From the NCBI GenBank assembly GCA_039187085.1, contig JBCCZV010000006.1, positions 1-58,831 of the forward strand: 58,831 nt of DNA. Direction: 5' to 3'. Every line of letters starts with the position of its first letter. Within the stretch, counting starts at the first letter, position 1. The stretch is from Pseudomonadota bacterium (GTDB lineage: Bacteria; Pseudomonadota; Gammaproteobacteria; Enterobacterales; JBCCZV01). The position numbers and the translations under genes are program-made. This document shows positions 1-11,526 of the stretch, one piece after another. The notes beneath the pieces were generated by a model, which ran no database searches, was not told where the DNA came from, and worked only from the letters and a program-made list of their open reading frames with translations.

Positions 1-7
1 GAGTTAT

Positions 8-36
8 TTGAGAGGTAAGACAGATAGGGTTATAAT
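8..36 (+). promoter_or_regulatory. sigma70-type promoter of purL
   Basis: TTGAGA (8-13), 17-bp spacer, TATAAT (31-36), then a GC-rich stretch just upstream of purL. Confidence 0.7.
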
Positions 37-78
37 CAACGCCCTCGCCGTTCAACCGCCGTTTAATGAGTGAAAAAC

Positions 79-3000
79 ATGCTAATCTTTTTCGGTAATT
101 CTGCACTTTCGCCTTTTCGTATTAAAAAAAAATGCTCTGCTTTAAAACTACAAGATATTCATCTTGTAGAAAAAGACGTCAACATCCAAACTGTCTATTT
201 AGTAGACACAATTTCAGTTCTTAATCAACAATCTAAGGAAAAGCTTGCACAGCTTTTAAACGCTAAGCAGCAACAAGCCTTAACGTTGACTAAAGAGCAG
301 CTATTTATTACACCGCGTATTGGAACGATTTCACCATGGTCAAGCAAAGCGACGGATATAGCTAGGCGTTGTGACCTCAATCTTGTACACCGAATTGAAC
401 ATGGTCGTTTGCTTAACATCAAAGGTTTGGCTTCTTTCTCGGTTGAAGAGCGGCAAAAGATTTTAGATGTTTTCTATGATCGCATGACAGAGTCAGTGAT
501 TGCTCAACCAGAAGAGCTTCAGCAGATTTTTGCTAATAGCGAGCCTAAGAAATTTCTATCAATTGATATTCTCCAAGGTGGAAAAATCGCGTTAGAGGAT
601 GCCAATAAAACATTGGGACTCGCCTTAGCAGATGATGAAATGGATTACTTGGTAGAGCAATTTTCTCAGCTAGGTAGAAATCCAACAGATGTTGAATTGA
701 TGATGTTTGCGCAAGCTAACTCGGAACATTGTCGACACAAAATTTTTAATGCTTCTTGGACTATTGATGGTACTACCCAAGAAAAAAGTCTTTTTAAAAT
801 GATAAAAAATACGCACGAAAAAAACAGTGAAGGTGTTTTGAGTGCGTACAAAGATAATGCCGCAGTTATCTCCGGCCATGACGCTCCACGTTTTTTTGTT
901 CAGCCAGAAACCCATCAGTATGGTTATCAGCAAGAAGCTATACATATCTTGATGAAAGTGGAAACACATAATCACCCTACAGCTATTGCTCCACACGCTG
1001 GGGCAGCAACGGGTTCGGGTGGTGAAATACGCGATGAAGGCGCAACAGGGCGGGGAGCTAAGCCGAAAGCTGGCCTTGTGGGTTTTTCCGTGTCTGACTT
1101 GGAAATTCCTGAGCTAATGCAACCTTGGGAAAACTCTGTAGGTAAACCTCAAAGAATTGTGTCGGCATTAGATATTATGCTGGAAGCGCCTATCGGTTCT
1201 GCTTCTTTTAATAATGAATTTGGTCGGCCCAACATTTTAGGGTATTTCCGAACTTTCTCTATGCCGCAACATAACAATGTTTACAAAATATCCACCGAGA
1301 AAAATGCTGAGCATCATTGGGGATATCATAAGCCCATCATGATAGCAGGTGGCATGGGCAACATCCGGGAGTCTCATGTTAAGAAAGGTGAAATAAAACC
1401 GGGTTACAAAGTAATTGTGTTGGGTGGCCCTGCCATGCTAATCGGTTTGGGTGGTGGAGCAGCTTCATCGGTATCAGCAGGAAGTAGCTCAGCAGAATTG
1501 GATTTCGCTTCTGTGCAAAGAGATAACCCTGAAATGGAAAGGCGTTGTCAAGAAGTGATTGATGCTTGTTGGTCGCGTGGAGATAACAACCCTATTGCAT
1601 TTATTCACGATGTAGGGGCTGGTGGCCTTTCTAATGCTATACCTGAATTAGTTCACGATGGTGAGCGAGGTGGGAATTTTGAGTTGCGTCGCGTGTTGAG
1701 TGACGAGCCTGGAATGTCGCCGGTTGAAATTTGGTGTAATGAATCACAAGAACGTTACGTTTTGGCTGTCGCTCCAGAAAACTTAGGGACATTTGAAGCT
1801 ATCTGTTCGCGAGAACGTTGTCCATTTGCCGTAGTGGGTGAAGCGACTGAATCATTACATCTGACACTATCCGATGAAGAGTTTACCAATAAACCTATCG
1901 ATATTCCGATGGATCTGCTGTTTGGCAAGCCGCCTAAAATGCATCGTGAAGTAAGCAGTCATGTGCAGCAAGGAGAAATAATCAAATGGGATATTGGCCT
2001 TAAAGAACTGGCCTATCGCGTTTTACAAGAACCCACTGTGGGCGATAAAAGTTTCCTTATAACCATTGGAGATCGTACGATAACTGGCTTGATTAATCGT
2101 GATCCTATGGTTGGTCCATGGCAAGTACCGGTTGCTGACTGTGGGGTAACTGCAGCGAGTTATGAAAGTCTTGAAGGTGAAGCTATGTCGATGGGAGAAC
2201 GAACACCTTTAGCGACATTAAACGCAGCGGCAGCGGCACGCATGGCAGTTGCTGAAGCTGTTTTAAATATTGCTTCTGCCGACGTTGCAGCTTTAAAGGA
2301 TATTCGTTTATCGGCGAACTGGATGGCAGCAGCTGGCGAAGAAGGCCAAGATGCTAATCTTTATCAAGCTGTCAAAGCCGTCGGTGAAGAGTTATGTCCA
2401 GCTTTGGGCATCACCATTCCGGTGGGAAAAGATTCAATGTCTATGAGCACCACTTGGCAAGCAAACGGAGTTGATAAAAAAGTGATTGCGCCGGTTTCTT
2501 TGATCATTTCTGCGTTTGCTCCCGTAAAAAACATTCGTCATTCTTTAACACCTCAGTTGCAACAAAAGAACAGTCAGCTGTGGTTGTTCGACTTGGGTCG
2601 TGGACAAGCACGAATGGCGGGCTCCATTGCCGCTCAAGTGACGAATCAATTAGGTCAAATTGTTCCAGATATCGATGCACCTGAATTGGTAAAACGTTTT
2701 TTCAAAGCAATAAAAGCCATGAAAGCAGCTGGGCTCATTAGTGCTTATCATGACCGCTCTGATGGAGGATTATGGGCAACATTGTGTGAAATGGCTTTTG
2801 CCGGAAATACGGGCCTCACTGTTGCTTTGCCGGAAGAAGCCGCTGCTATCGAGTGGCTCTTCAATGAAGAGTTGGGTGTTGTCGTGCAAATTATCGATGA
2901 GCATGTCGAAGCTTTTTTGGCGCTCGCAGCCGAGTTACAAGTCTCAGATTTGATGACTCAGGTAGGAGAAGTTCCAGGGCAACAGACCCACGCCATACAT

Positions 3001-3993
3001 GTTTTGCAAGCTAACCACGAACTTTTAAATGAATCATTAGTCGATCTGAAGAGGAGCTGGTCAGCCGTTAGCTACCATATGCAGAAATTGCGTGATAATC
3101 CAGCTTGTGCAGACCAAGAGCGTGAGAGCAAACTCGATGTGAATAATCCAGGTTTGTCGCCAAACCTGACCTTCGATATTGACGAAGCTTTACCAGATAC
3201 ATTTACCAAGCAAGATACCAGTCCAAAAGTCGCTATTTTGCGAGAGCAAGGTGTTAACGGTCATGTTGAGATGGCCGCAGCATTTACCAAAGCTGGTTTT
3301 ACTGCCTGCGACATTCATATGAGTGATTTGGTGGAAGGTAAAGTAGACTTATCTGATTTCAGAGGTTTAGTGGCCTGTGGAGGTTTCTCCTACGGTGATG
3401 TGTTAGGCGCAGGACAAGGTTGGGCTAAAGCCATTTTGCTTGACGCAAATCTCAAAGAATCCTTTAAAATTTTCTTTGAGCGTAAAGACGTTTTTGTTCT
3501 TGGGGTTTGCAACGGATGTCAGATGTTATCGCGTTTGGCATCGATCATACCTGGTAGTGAACACTGGCCAAGTTTTGAGCGTAACCTCTCCGAGCAATTT
3601 GAAGCTCGATTATCTATGGTCAAAATAGCTGAGTCGCCATCGATATTTTTTAAGGGTATGGAAGGCTCTGCTATACCTATAGCGGTCGCACATGGTGAGG
3701 GGCGAGCGCAATTTGCATCCGAACAAGATTTCGTAAAAGCAAATGAAAAACAGTTAGTTGCTTCGAATTATGTTGACAATCGTCTACAACTCACTGAACA
3801 TTATCCGGAGAATCCGAATGGTTCCAAAGGTGGGGTCGCTGCTGTAACGAATGCCGATGGACGAATCACTTTAATGATGCCGCACCCAGAACGGGTCTAC
3901 CGAGCCGCACAATATTCTTGGTGCCCTCAAGAGTGGCAAGATCGAGGTCCTTGGCTTCGAATGTTTGAAAATGCACGTCGTTGGGTGGGGTGA
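79..3993 (+). CDS. purL: Phosphoribosylformylglycinamidine synthase (large-type PurL)
   Basis: ~1300 aa; motifs [33 protein letters not shown] and glutaminase-domain GVCNGCQ and MMPHPER; start is ATG 79 or GTG 70. Confidence 0.98.
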   Translation: MLIFFGNSALSPFRIKKKCSALKLQDIHLVEKDVNIQTVYLVDTISVLNQQSKEKLAQLLNAKQQQALTLTKEQLFITPRIGTISPWSSKATDIARRCDLNLVHRIEHGRLLNIKGLASFSVEERQKILDVFYDRMTESVIAQPEELQQIFANSEPKKFLSIDILQGGKIALEDANKTLGLALADDEMDYLVEQFSQLGRNPTDVELMMFAQANSEHCRHKIFNASWTIDGTTQEKSLFKMIKNTHEKNSEGVLSAYKDNAAVISGHDAPRFFVQPETHQYGYQQEAIHILMKVETHNHPTAIAPHAGAATGSGGEIRDEGATGRGAKPKAGLVGFSVSDLEIPELMQPWENSVGKPQRIVSALDIMLEAPIGSASFNNEFGRPNILGYFRTFSMPQHNNVYKISTEKNAEHHWGYHKPIMIAGGMGNIRESHVKKGEIKPGYKVIVLGGPAMLIGLGGGAASSVSAGSSSAELDFASVQRDNPEMERRCQEVIDACWSRGDNNPIAFIHDVGAGGLSNAIPELVHDGERGGNFELRRVLSDEPGMSPVEIWCNESQERYVLAVAPENLGTFEAICSRERCPFAVVGEATESLHLTLSDEEFTNKPIDIPMDLLFGKPPKMHREVSSHVQQGEIIKWDIGLKELAYRVLQEPTVGDKSFLITIGDRTITGLINRDPMVGPWQVPVADCGVTAASYESLEGEAMSMGERTPLATLNAAAAARMAVAEAVLNIASADVAALKDIRLSANWMAAAGEEGQDANLYQAVKAVGEELCPALGITIPVGKDSMSMSTTWQANGVDKKVIAPVSLIISAFAPVKNIRHSLTPQLQQKNSQLWLFDLGRGQARMAGSIAAQVTNQLGQIVPDIDAPELVKRFFKAIKAMKAAGLISAYHDRSDGGLWATLCEMAFAGNTGLTVALPEEAAAIEWLFNEELGVVVQIIDEHVEAFLALAAELQVSDLMTQVGEVPGQQTHAIHVLQANHELLNESLVDLKRSWSAVSYHMQKLRDNPACADQERESKLDVNNPGLSPNLTFDIDEALPDTFTKQDTSPKVAILREQGVNGHVEMAAAFTKAGFTACDIHMSDLVEGKVDLSDFRGLVACGGFSYGDVLGAGQGWAKAILLDANLKESFKIFFERKDVFVLGVCNGCQMLSRLASIIPGSEHWPSFERNLSEQFEARLSMVKIAESPSIFFKGMEGSAIPIAVAHGEGRAQFASEQDFVKANEKQLVASNYVDNRLQLTEHYPENPNGSKGGVAAVTNADGRITLMMPHPERVYRAAQYSWCPQEWQDRGPWLRMFENARRWVG

Positions 3994-4012
3994 AGCTCCC
4001 ATCTTAATTGCT

Positions 4013-4045
4013 AAAACGATCTCATTGAGATCGTTTTTTCTTTCC
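4013..4045 (+). terminator. Rho-independent terminator after purL
   Basis: AAAACGATCTC-att-GAGATCGTTTT hairpin followed by a T-rich tract. Confidence 0.75.
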
Positions 4046-4097
4046 AAAAGTTTGAGGTGTATTTTCTTTGTTAGAAATGAGATAACAGGAAAAGTCA

Positions 4098-5687
4098 TTG
4101 AGTCAATCTATCGAATCCCTCGCTCGCTATCTTGCACAGGAAGAGCGCTATCTATCACTCAATAAAATTCAACGAGGGATAGAAAAAGAGTGTTTGCGAA
4201 TTAAAACTTCAGGTTATTTATCCCAAGAGCCGCATCCAAAAGCTTTAGGCTCTGCTTTGACACATAAATTTATCACCACAGACTACTCTGAAGCTCTTCT
4301 TGAATTTATTACACCAGCTTCAGATAGTATTGATGCACCTTTTGAGTGGCTTAAGCATATTCATCAGTTTGTGTACAACAATATTGGGGAAGAATTACTG
4401 TGGGGCTTGAGTATGCCGTGTGTTATGGCCTCTGAAGCTGCCATTCCCATAGCACAATATGGTCATTCCAACTCGGGTAAAATGAAACATATTTACCGAG
4501 TGGGGTTAGGTCATCGATACGGTAAAGTGATGCAAACCATTGCGGGTGTCCACTATAATATTTCTTTTCCAACAAGATTTTGGGCAAATTATGCGGCATA
4601 TTCCGGCGTACAGCAGGTAGACTCGGGCTTCATTTCTTCAGAGTACTTTAAAATTATTCGTAATTTTCATCGTTTTGGCTGGTTAGTCACTTATCTTTTT
4701 GGCGCATCTCCTGCGCTTTGTCAGAGCTTTGTAAAATCAGCACGTACTCACAAATCAAGCCTTGAAGCTATGGAAAATGGCACGTTATACGGCAAGTTTG
4801 CAACATCGCTACGCATGAGTGATATTGGGTATTCAAACAATGCTCAATCAACACTCAATATTAGTTACAACTCCTTAGAGAAATATATTGAAGGGCTGGA
4901 AAAAGCTATCCGCACAGAGGAGCCATTTTATAAAGATATTGGTGTGAAGGTGGATGATGCCTACAAGCAACTTAATAGCAATTTATTGCAGATTGAAAAT
5001 GAATATTATGGCCATATTCGGCCTAAACAAACCAGCAAAATGGGTGAGAGACCTACTAAGGCTTTAGCTAATCGTGGTGTTGAATATATTGAAGTTAGGG
5101 CTTTGGATCTGAATCCTTTCAGTCCGTTGGGCGTTGATATTTATCAAGCGGCTTTCTTAGATTGTTTTTTGCTTTACTGTTTATTTGAAGATAGTCCTTT
5201 TATCACCTTACGTGAAAATGCGGAAATTAAAGAAAATTTACGACGGGTTGTTGAGTTGGGCCGTCGTCGAGGTTTGACGTTACGTTTCAGAAATCGTGAT
5301 ATCTCTTTAAAGGATTTTGCTCATCAAATTTTAGAAGGTATGGCATTAATTGCACATTTGCTGGATAAAGCCAACCAAACTCGCCGTTTTAGTATGGCTG
5401 TTGAATCTGCAAAGGTAAAAATAGAGCATCCAGAACAAACTTTATCGGGTCTCATTATTGCCGCTTTGCGAGATTCTCGTTCGCCTTATTATTCACCTGG
5501 AGGCTTTTACGAATTTGCTTTTAAAACTTCAGAGCAACATAAAGATGTGATGACCAAAGCCGCTATGGATAAAGAAGTGCAGCAGCATTTTAATGTAGAA
5601 GCTGAAAAATCTCATCAAAGACAGTCAGAATTAGAAGCAGATAATAGTGTGACTTTTGAAAACTACTTAGCCGCATACTTTGAATAA
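4098..5687 (+). CDS. gshA: Glutamate--cysteine ligase
   Basis: RGIEKECLR, HPKALGSALTH, ITTDYSEALLEFIT, LLQIENEYY, GVEYIEVRALDLNPF; TTG start with AGGA RBS. Confidence 0.97.
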   Translation: MSQSIESLARYLAQEERYLSLNKIQRGIEKECLRIKTSGYLSQEPHPKALGSALTHKFITTDYSEALLEFITPASDSIDAPFEWLKHIHQFVYNNIGEELLWGLSMPCVMASEAAIPIAQYGHSNSGKMKHIYRVGLGHRYGKVMQTIAGVHYNISFPTRFWANYAAYSGVQQVDSGFISSEYFKIIRNFHRFGWLVTYLFGASPALCQSFVKSARTHKSSLEAMENGTLYGKFATSLRMSDIGYSNNAQSTLNISYNSLEKYIEGLEKAIRTEEPFYKDIGVKVDDAYKQLNSNLLQIENEYYGHIRPKQTSKMGERPTKALANRGVEYIEVRALDLNPFSPLGVDIYQAAFLDCFLLYCLFEDSPFITLRENAEIKENLRRVVELGRRRGLTLRFRNRDISLKDFAHQILEGMALIAHLLDKANQTRRFSMAVESAKVKIEHPEQTLSGLIIAALRDSRSPYYSPGGFYEFAFKTSEQHKDVMTKAAMDKEVQQHFNVEAEKSHQRQSELEADNSVTFENYLAAYFE

Positions 5688-5688
5688 C

Positions 5689-6189
5689 ATGAATAAGAAA
5701 ACACCGCTATCGATTCGAAAAGCTTCAGATAAAGATGCACAACAAGTTCTCAACTTTATTGTGGCTTTAGCTGAGTACGAACGTCTTGCTGATCAGGTTA
5801 CAGCAACACTTGAAGACATCCAGCAAAGTCTTTTTGTGCGCAAAGAAGCTGAGGTTTTAATCGCAGAGTGGCAAGGAGAGCCTGCTGGGTTTGCTTTGTT
5901 CTTTCATAATTACTCAACTTTCTTAGGCAAGAAAGGTATTCACTTAGAAGACTTATTCGTCCTACCGGAATTTCGCGGTAAAGGTATAGGCAAGCATTTA
6001 TTAAAGTCCTTAGCAAAAATCGCTGTTGAACGAGATTGTGGGCGTCTGGAATGGTGTGTTTTGGATTGGAATCAACCTGCCATTGACTTTTATAAAAGTT
6101 TAGGGGCTGAAACCTTAAATGAATGGCTTATCAACCGAGTGACGAGTGAATCTCTCCTCCATCTTGCTAAACTATCAGACGCTGATTGA
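5689..6189 (+). CDS. GNAT family N-acetyltransferase (SSAT/diamine acetyltransferase-like)
   Basis: LEDLFVLPEFRGKGIGK acetyl-CoA motif; RLEWCVLDWNQPAIDFY. Confidence 0.9.
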   Translation: MNKKTPLSIRKASDKDAQQVLNFIVALAEYERLADQVTATLEDIQQSLFVRKEAEVLIAEWQGEPAGFALFFHNYSTFLGKKGIHLEDLFVLPEFRGKGIGKHLLKSLAKIAVERDCGRLEWCVLDWNQPAIDFYKSLGAETLNEWLINRVTSESLLHLAKLSDAD

Positions 6190-6321
6190 TCACATCGGCG
6201 CTAATCATCTTATCATGCTATCTTTCAAAATGATTTGATTCGTCAAAGCAGGTCGGTAAAATCCGCATAACGAAATCTTTCGTTGATATTGAGTTTTTGC
6301 TCAGTTTTATAAAAACAGAAT

Positions 6322-6358
6322 TGCTTATCTTTTAAGCATTTTGTTGTAATGCTTTTGT
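6322..6358. repeat. 37-bp direct repeat, copy 1 (copy 2 at 7357-7393)
   Basis: TGCTTATCTTTTAAGCATTTTGTTGTAATGCTTTTGT present identically twice; contains an AAGCATT/AATGCTT inverted repeat. Confidence 0.9.
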
Positions 6359-6774
6359 TCTTATTCGATAAATAGTTTTAATTATAGGCAGCATTTTTTG
6401 CTATAAAAAACTCTCAACAATTTGATGCAGAGCCTATCAAGAGTCGAAGGCAAGTTAAAAAATGCTTGTATTAGTAGAAGGGATTCGAGGTGCATTTAAA
6501 ACTTTTCAACAAGTGATCGTTTGTTTTAAAGTTGAGGAATGTCAATTCAAATCTTCAGGTTTATTTTAACTTTGTACATTGTTTTCATCTGTACATTTAA
6601 TTTTTTATCAAGAGAGCTTATCTATTTGCGTCTTTTTTTTCTTAACATTATGTTATTTATAATAAAAAAATTGACGGGATTTTAGATGCGTTGTGATAAG
6701 AGATCTCTTTAGAATGCTGATTGTTATCCCCTGGGATATCATCTGAAATTCATATAAACTTCGAAGGACTTCAA

Positions 6775-7125
6775 ATGATGAAAAATACTTTTTTTATAAT
6801 GTTTATGTTCTTGGTAACGCCTGTACTCGCTGGCTATGAAACGGTTTGCGATTACCGAACAGAAACGATTAAAACCTACCACTCATCTTGTACTTATTTT
6901 ACATATGAAAATTTAAATATTGAAGATTTTACTAGTTCTTATAGCGAACAATCTGGTTATCGGAAATGCGAAGCAACGACAACGAGATATGGCTATGAAT
7001 TTACTTTAATTGGTGAAAGATACTCCACCACAACTGAAACTAAACAAGTGGCATACAACTGTCGAACTGAATGGGTCGATGAAGATGACGATTTTATTTG
7101 TGACGGCACTATAATTTGTCCGTAA
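6775..7125 (+). CDS. Small secreted cysteine-containing hypothetical protein
   Basis: AAGGA RBS before ATG 6775; signal-peptide-like N-terminus (MKNTFFIMFMFLVTPVLA); 6 Cys; acidic C-terminus. Confidence 0.7.
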   Translation: MMKNTFFIMFMFLVTPVLAGYETVCDYRTETIKTYHSSCTYFTYENLNIEDFTSSYSEQSGYRKCEATTTRYGYEFTLIGERYSTTTETKQVAYNCRTEWVDEDDDFICDGTIICP

Positions 7126-7356
7126 TACTTGCATTCCTTTAAATCCATAGGGTTTGAGGTGCAGCTGTCTATTTGAGTCTAAGCTGCTCCTCTACAAATT
7201 ATATCAAACATACTGCTAATCATTATCCGTCATTCCTTTTCCGTTGCCTTGAAAAATTTATACTTAGCCGTTGCTTGAATTGTCGTACCAGATCATTAAA
7301 ATCTTTTTAACAATTTGTTGCCATTGAATGATTGCTCATTTTTGAAATAATTGGAC

Positions 7357-7393
7357 TGCTTATCTTTTAAGCATTTTGTTGTAATGCTTTTGT
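7357..7393. repeat. 37-bp direct repeat, copy 2
   Basis: Identical to 6322-6358. Confidence 0.9.
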
Positions 7394-7503
7394 CATAAGA
7401 CTGTTGTATAAACATCAACAGATTTATTCACAGAAATTGGGGAAAAATCAATACGAGCAGCAAGCAATATTCTTGATGTGAATAAAAGTAGGTATAGTGT
7501 TTT

Positions 7504-7974
7504 ATGATAAAAATTTTGTATATATGTACCCATAATCGTTGTCGAAGCATTTTAAGTGAAGCTATCACCAATGCTCACGGTCAAGGTAAAATAACCGCTT
7601 GGAGTGCAGGCAGCCATCCTGCTGGGGAAGTACATCCCTTGACGTTAAAATATTTACAAGAAACAAACTTTCCAGTCGATGGTTTAAGAAGTCAATCATG
7701 GGATGAGTTTGCATCGTTACAGCCCGATATAGTAATAACCGTCTGTGATAGTGCCGCTAACGAGATGTGCCCTGTTTGGATGGGAAGCGCGATAAAAATC
7801 CATTGGGGGTTACCCGATCCATCAAAAATCAACGATGATGCTGAAAAATGTAAAAATGCTTTTTACGATGTTATTCAAACCATAGAAGAGCGCGTCAAAA
7901 AATTGCTATCCATAAAATGGCATGACATTGATAATGAAACACGTCAACTTCTCTTGCATCAATTATCAAGGTAG
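7504..7974 (+). CDS. arsC: Arsenate reductase, LMW-PTP/thioredoxin-type
   Basis: CTHNRCRS P-loop (CX5R), ITVCD, CP and HWGLPDP motifs; adjacent to acr3. Confidence 0.92.
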   Translation: MIKILYICTHNRCRSILSEAITNAHGQGKITAWSAGSHPAGEVHPLTLKYLQETNFPVDGLRSQSWDEFASLQPDIVITVCDSAANEMCPVWMGSAIKIHWGLPDPSKINDDAEKCKNAFYDVIQTIEERVKKLLSIKWHDIDNETRQLLLHQLSR

Positions 7975-7983
7975 AAAGCAGCA

Positions 7984-9000
7984 ATGGGAATTTTTGAACG
8001 CTATCTGACATTATGGGTAGCTTTATGTATCATTGCAGGTACGCTGTTAGGCAACGTTATACCTGGACTCTTTCATGTTTTTGCTACGTTGGAAGTGGCT
8101 CATGTTAACATTCCCGTAGCATTACTCATTTGGATCATGATTTATCCTATGATGATTCAAGTGGATTTTTCGTCAATTAAAGATGTTGGTAAAAAGCCGA
8201 AAGGATTGCTTCTGACATTGATCATAAACTGGTTGCTCAAGCCTTTCACCATGGCATTGTTGGGTTGGTTATTTTTTAGAGTGTTATTTGTTGATTGGGT
8301 AGATCCGCAAACCGCAACCGAATACATTGCGGGGATGATTTTGTTGGGTGTTGCACCTTGTACTGCCATGGTCTTTGTGTGGAGCCACTTAACAAAAGGT
8401 GATGCCAATTATACGTTAGTGCAAGTGTCGATCAATGATGTGATTATGATTTTTGCATTTGCACCAATTGCAGGGTTTTTGTTGGGTATGAGTGATGTCA
8501 CCGTACCTTGGAATACACTGGTTTTATCCGTAGTGCTTTATGTTTTGATTCCTCTCATTGCTGGAATGGTCACGCGCAAAGCTTACGATAAAAAAAATGA
8601 CTACTCCAAACTAGGTGATTTGATCAAAACATTAAAACCATTTTCAATGTTTGGATTGTTAGCAACGATTGTTTTACTGTTTGGTTTTCAAGCGGAAACT
8701 ATCTTAGCGCAGCCACTAGCTATCTTATTCATTGCTATTCCTTTATTGCTACAAACCTACGGGATTTTTGTCATCGCTTATGCTGCTGCAAAACTGATGA
8801 AATTGCCGCATAACATTGCTGCTCCTGCTTGCATGATTGGTACGTCAAACTTTTTTGAATTAGCTGTTGCTGTGGCTATTTCCCTATTTGGATTGCACTC
8901 GGGTGCTGCTTTAGCGACAGTCGTTGGTGTATTGGTAGAAGTCCCTGTCATGTTAACCTTAGTGGCATTTGCTAATCGTACGCGACACTGGTTTGATTAA
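7984..9000 (+). CDS. acr3: ACR3-family arsenite efflux transporter
   Basis: [59 protein letters not shown]. Confidence 0.96.
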   Translation: MGIFERYLTLWVALCIIAGTLLGNVIPGLFHVFATLEVAHVNIPVALLIWIMIYPMMIQVDFSSIKDVGKKPKGLLLTLIINWLLKPFTMALLGWLFFRVLFVDWVDPQTATEYIAGMILLGVAPCTAMVFVWSHLTKGDANYTLVQVSINDVIMIFAFAPIAGFLLGMSDVTVPWNTLVLSVVLYVLIPLIAGMVTRKAYDKKNDYSKLGDLIKTLKPFSMFGLLATIVLLFGFQAETILAQPLAILFIAIPLLLQTYGIFVIAYAAAKLMKLPHNIAAPACMIGTSNFFELAVAVAISLFGLHSGAALATVVGVLVEVPVMLTLVAFANRTRHWFD

Positions 9001-9036
9001 ATCTCGGCGACTTCAAAAACACATAATCTTTTATAC

Positions 9037-9071
9037 ACCTTCAAATACCTGTTAATACAGGGTTTGAAGGT
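9037..9071 (+). terminator. Hairpin/terminator after acr3
   Basis: ACCTTCAAA...TTTGAAGGT inverted repeat with an inner CCTG/CAGG stem. Confidence 0.55.
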
Positions 9072-9375
9072 TTCTGTATCAAAACCTATCTGTTTCACAT
9101 AATTCACCATAAATGTATCACAGCTGTGAGTGCTAGCTACACATTGTCTTTAGTGATGTAGACATGAGTCTCAGTTGGATTGGATGATTATTATTCAAAT
9201 TTCAAAGTATAAGAACAACTTGTGAACGAATGGTCAAGTTGTCTGTGGTTCTCCTCAACTGTAAAAAAAACCCCCTGTGCTATCGTTACCCTACAACGTA
9301 AAAGATTTAGCAAATTCTTAATTAAAAATTGTATTTTAAAAGTGTTTGAACATTTAATTTTTTAGGGTGAAAAAA

Positions 9376-11418
9376 ATGAAATTTCGAAATCACTTAGTCA
9401 CAGTCGCAATGATGCTTGCACTGTCGGGGTGTGGTAGTAGTACTACTGAAAGTACCAATCCTTTATCTGATAATTCGAGCGATAACGAGAATATCGATAA
9501 TAGTAATAATGGCGGTAACCAAGGTAATTCGGATGAGAGTAATAACGGTGTGGCTGATGGCTCACCTGATAATGGAAATTCTCCATCACCAGAGCCTGGA
9601 GAAGCTATTGATAACACACCAATAACTTTAGGTTTTGCTGAAGCTGAGTCCAATGTATCCGAAGATGCGTTAACGCATGATGTGATGTTAAGCATATCAC
9701 GTGTTTCTCCAACACCTATTACATTGAGTTTCACTGTTACTCCAGAAACGGCTGAGCCAAAAAAAGATTTTGATTTAGTTGATGGGACTATTACTATCGA
9801 GCCAGGTATCGCTGAAGCTAAGTTAACTTTACCGCTAGTTAATGATAAATTTTACGAAGATAACGAATCTTTAATGTTATCGATTGAATCATTGCAAGGT
9901 GCTGAAATGGCTCAAGTCTTAACGCACAAAGTCATGATTCTTAACGATGATATTCCTACTGAAGAAGATGCTTTACACGGTGTGCCTCGCGGTGCTGAAA
10001 TGTTGAAAATAGTGTGTGATCGTATGACAGCACAAGGCGTCATTAACAAGGTCACAGAAACCTTTTGTGGTGACGAACTCCCTGTTATCAATAATATTAA
10101 AGATTTTCAAAGAGCATTAGGTTTTGAATTCGACCCAAATGCACAAGGTCGAAATGACAATGGTGCTAATGGTAACCCTGGATTTGCCATCACTGGACAC
10201 TCAAGTTCGTTAGTGATGCAGTTTACCAATGCTATCAATCCGAGAGCGATAATTTTTACGCCACCGAATGGCAGAAATCCACTCAATGAAAGCTTTACCG
10301 CGATAGGCTTTGTACGCGGAGAGCAATTTGTTGAAGTGATTTCGGCACACTTTAATCCTAACGATCCTAATGATCCCAAAAATGGTGATTTAGAATTCTA
10401 TCTTTTCAATTTTGAACAAGTTTGTAATGAAGATCACTCTTGTACTCTAGGTGATTTGCTAACCGATAAAATTGAAAGTAACTGGACAGGCTGGACGTTA
10501 TTGCACGAAGAAGAATTGAAAAACACCATCCTAGATTGTCGTCAATGTCATCAGCCGGAAGGTATCAACGCTCAGAAAAATCTGTTGATGCAAGAACTTA
10601 ATAACCCATGGACACATTGGTTCCGAAACAATCGTGATGCAGGACAAGCATTGATCGCAGATTACGTTGCAGCACATGGCGAAGATGAAGAATATGCAGG
10701 TATTCCTGGTGCTTTCGTGGTATCGGGTTCAGATCCTGCTAACTTGGAAGACTTAATCCGTGGTAATGGTTTCGGTAACGGTTTTGATGCAACCACACAG
10801 CAAGGTCGATTTGATGGTGGTGATATCGAAGATGAAGTCGTAGCTACATCACCACAACAACCAGAAGATAATACTGTGCCAGGTGTCAGTCAGACATGGC
10901 AGAATCTTTATGAGCAAAATGTTCGCGGAGAAATTATTCAAATCCCTTATCATGATGCGAAAGTGACTGACCCCGTAAAATTGCAGCAAATGACTGATGC
11001 TTATGTGGCTTATAAAGCGGGTGATATCACAGAGTTACCTGATATTAGAAAAGCGTTCAAAGATGGGGATGAGTTAAGAGATATTGGTTTTAAAGTTCAA
11101 GCGGGCCTTGATGGCGAAGGTATTATGATTCAAGCCTGTACGCAGTGTCATAATGACCAGTTAGATCAAAGCATTTCAAGAGCTAAGTTCAATGTGGATT
11201 TAACGGATATGAGTGTTGCTCAGTTAAAAATAACGCAAGATCGTGTGAACCTGCCTACCGAGCACCTTTTAGTGATGCCTCCTACACGTTTCAGAACGTT
11301 AGATGCTGATGAAAGAAAACTGTTAACCGATTACTTGCAAACAGTGATTGATCAAAAGCTTGCAGCAGAAGCCGCAGCTAACGTGAAAACTGCGAAGGCA
11401 AAAAAGAAAACGCAATAA
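9376..11418 (+). CDS. Lipoprotein with Calx-beta domain and two c-type heme motifs
   Basis: Lipobox LSGC; N/S/G-rich linker; Calx-beta-like segment (TAEPKKDF...VNDKFYEDNESL); CRQCH and CTQCH; alternative GTG start at 9367. Confidence 0.8.
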   Translation: MKFRNHLVTVAMMLALSGCGSSTTESTNPLSDNSSDNENIDNSNNGGNQGNSDESNNGVADGSPDNGNSPSPEPGEAIDNTPITLGFAEAESNVSEDALTHDVMLSISRVSPTPITLSFTVTPETAEPKKDFDLVDGTITIEPGIAEAKLTLPLVNDKFYEDNESLMLSIESLQGAEMAQVLTHKVMILNDDIPTEEDALHGVPRGAEMLKIVCDRMTAQGVINKVTETFCGDELPVINNIKDFQRALGFEFDPNAQGRNDNGANGNPGFAITGHSSSLVMQFTNAINPRAIIFTPPNGRNPLNESFTAIGFVRGEQFVEVISAHFNPNDPNDPKNGDLEFYLFNFEQVCNEDHSCTLGDLLTDKIESNWTGWTLLHEEELKNTILDCRQCHQPEGINAQKNLLMQELNNPWTHWFRNNRDAGQALIADYVAAHGEDEEYAGIPGAFVVSGSDPANLEDLIRGNGFGNGFDATTQQGRFDGGDIEDEVVATSPQQPEDNTVPGVSQTWQNLYEQNVRGEIIQIPYHDAKVTDPVKLQQMTDAYVAYKAGDITELPDIRKAFKDGDELRDIGFKVQAGLDGEGIMIQACTQCHNDQLDQSISRAKFNVDLTDMSVAQLKITQDRVNLPTEHLLVMPPTRFRTLDADERKLLTDYLQTVIDQKLAAEAAANVKTAKAKKKTQ

Positions 11419-11446
11419 TTTTTTCTTACTTGTCTAAATTTGATAC

Positions 11447-11480
11447 AAGCCACCGACTCTGTTCGGTGGCTTTGTTTATT
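11447..11480 (+). terminator. Rho-independent terminator
   Basis: AAGCCACCGA-ctctgt-TCGGTGGCTT followed by TGTTTATT. Confidence 0.7.
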
Positions 11481-11526
11481 ATAAGCACAATAATGTTTTT
11501 AAACCCAGAGAGAGAAAATAGCGACT

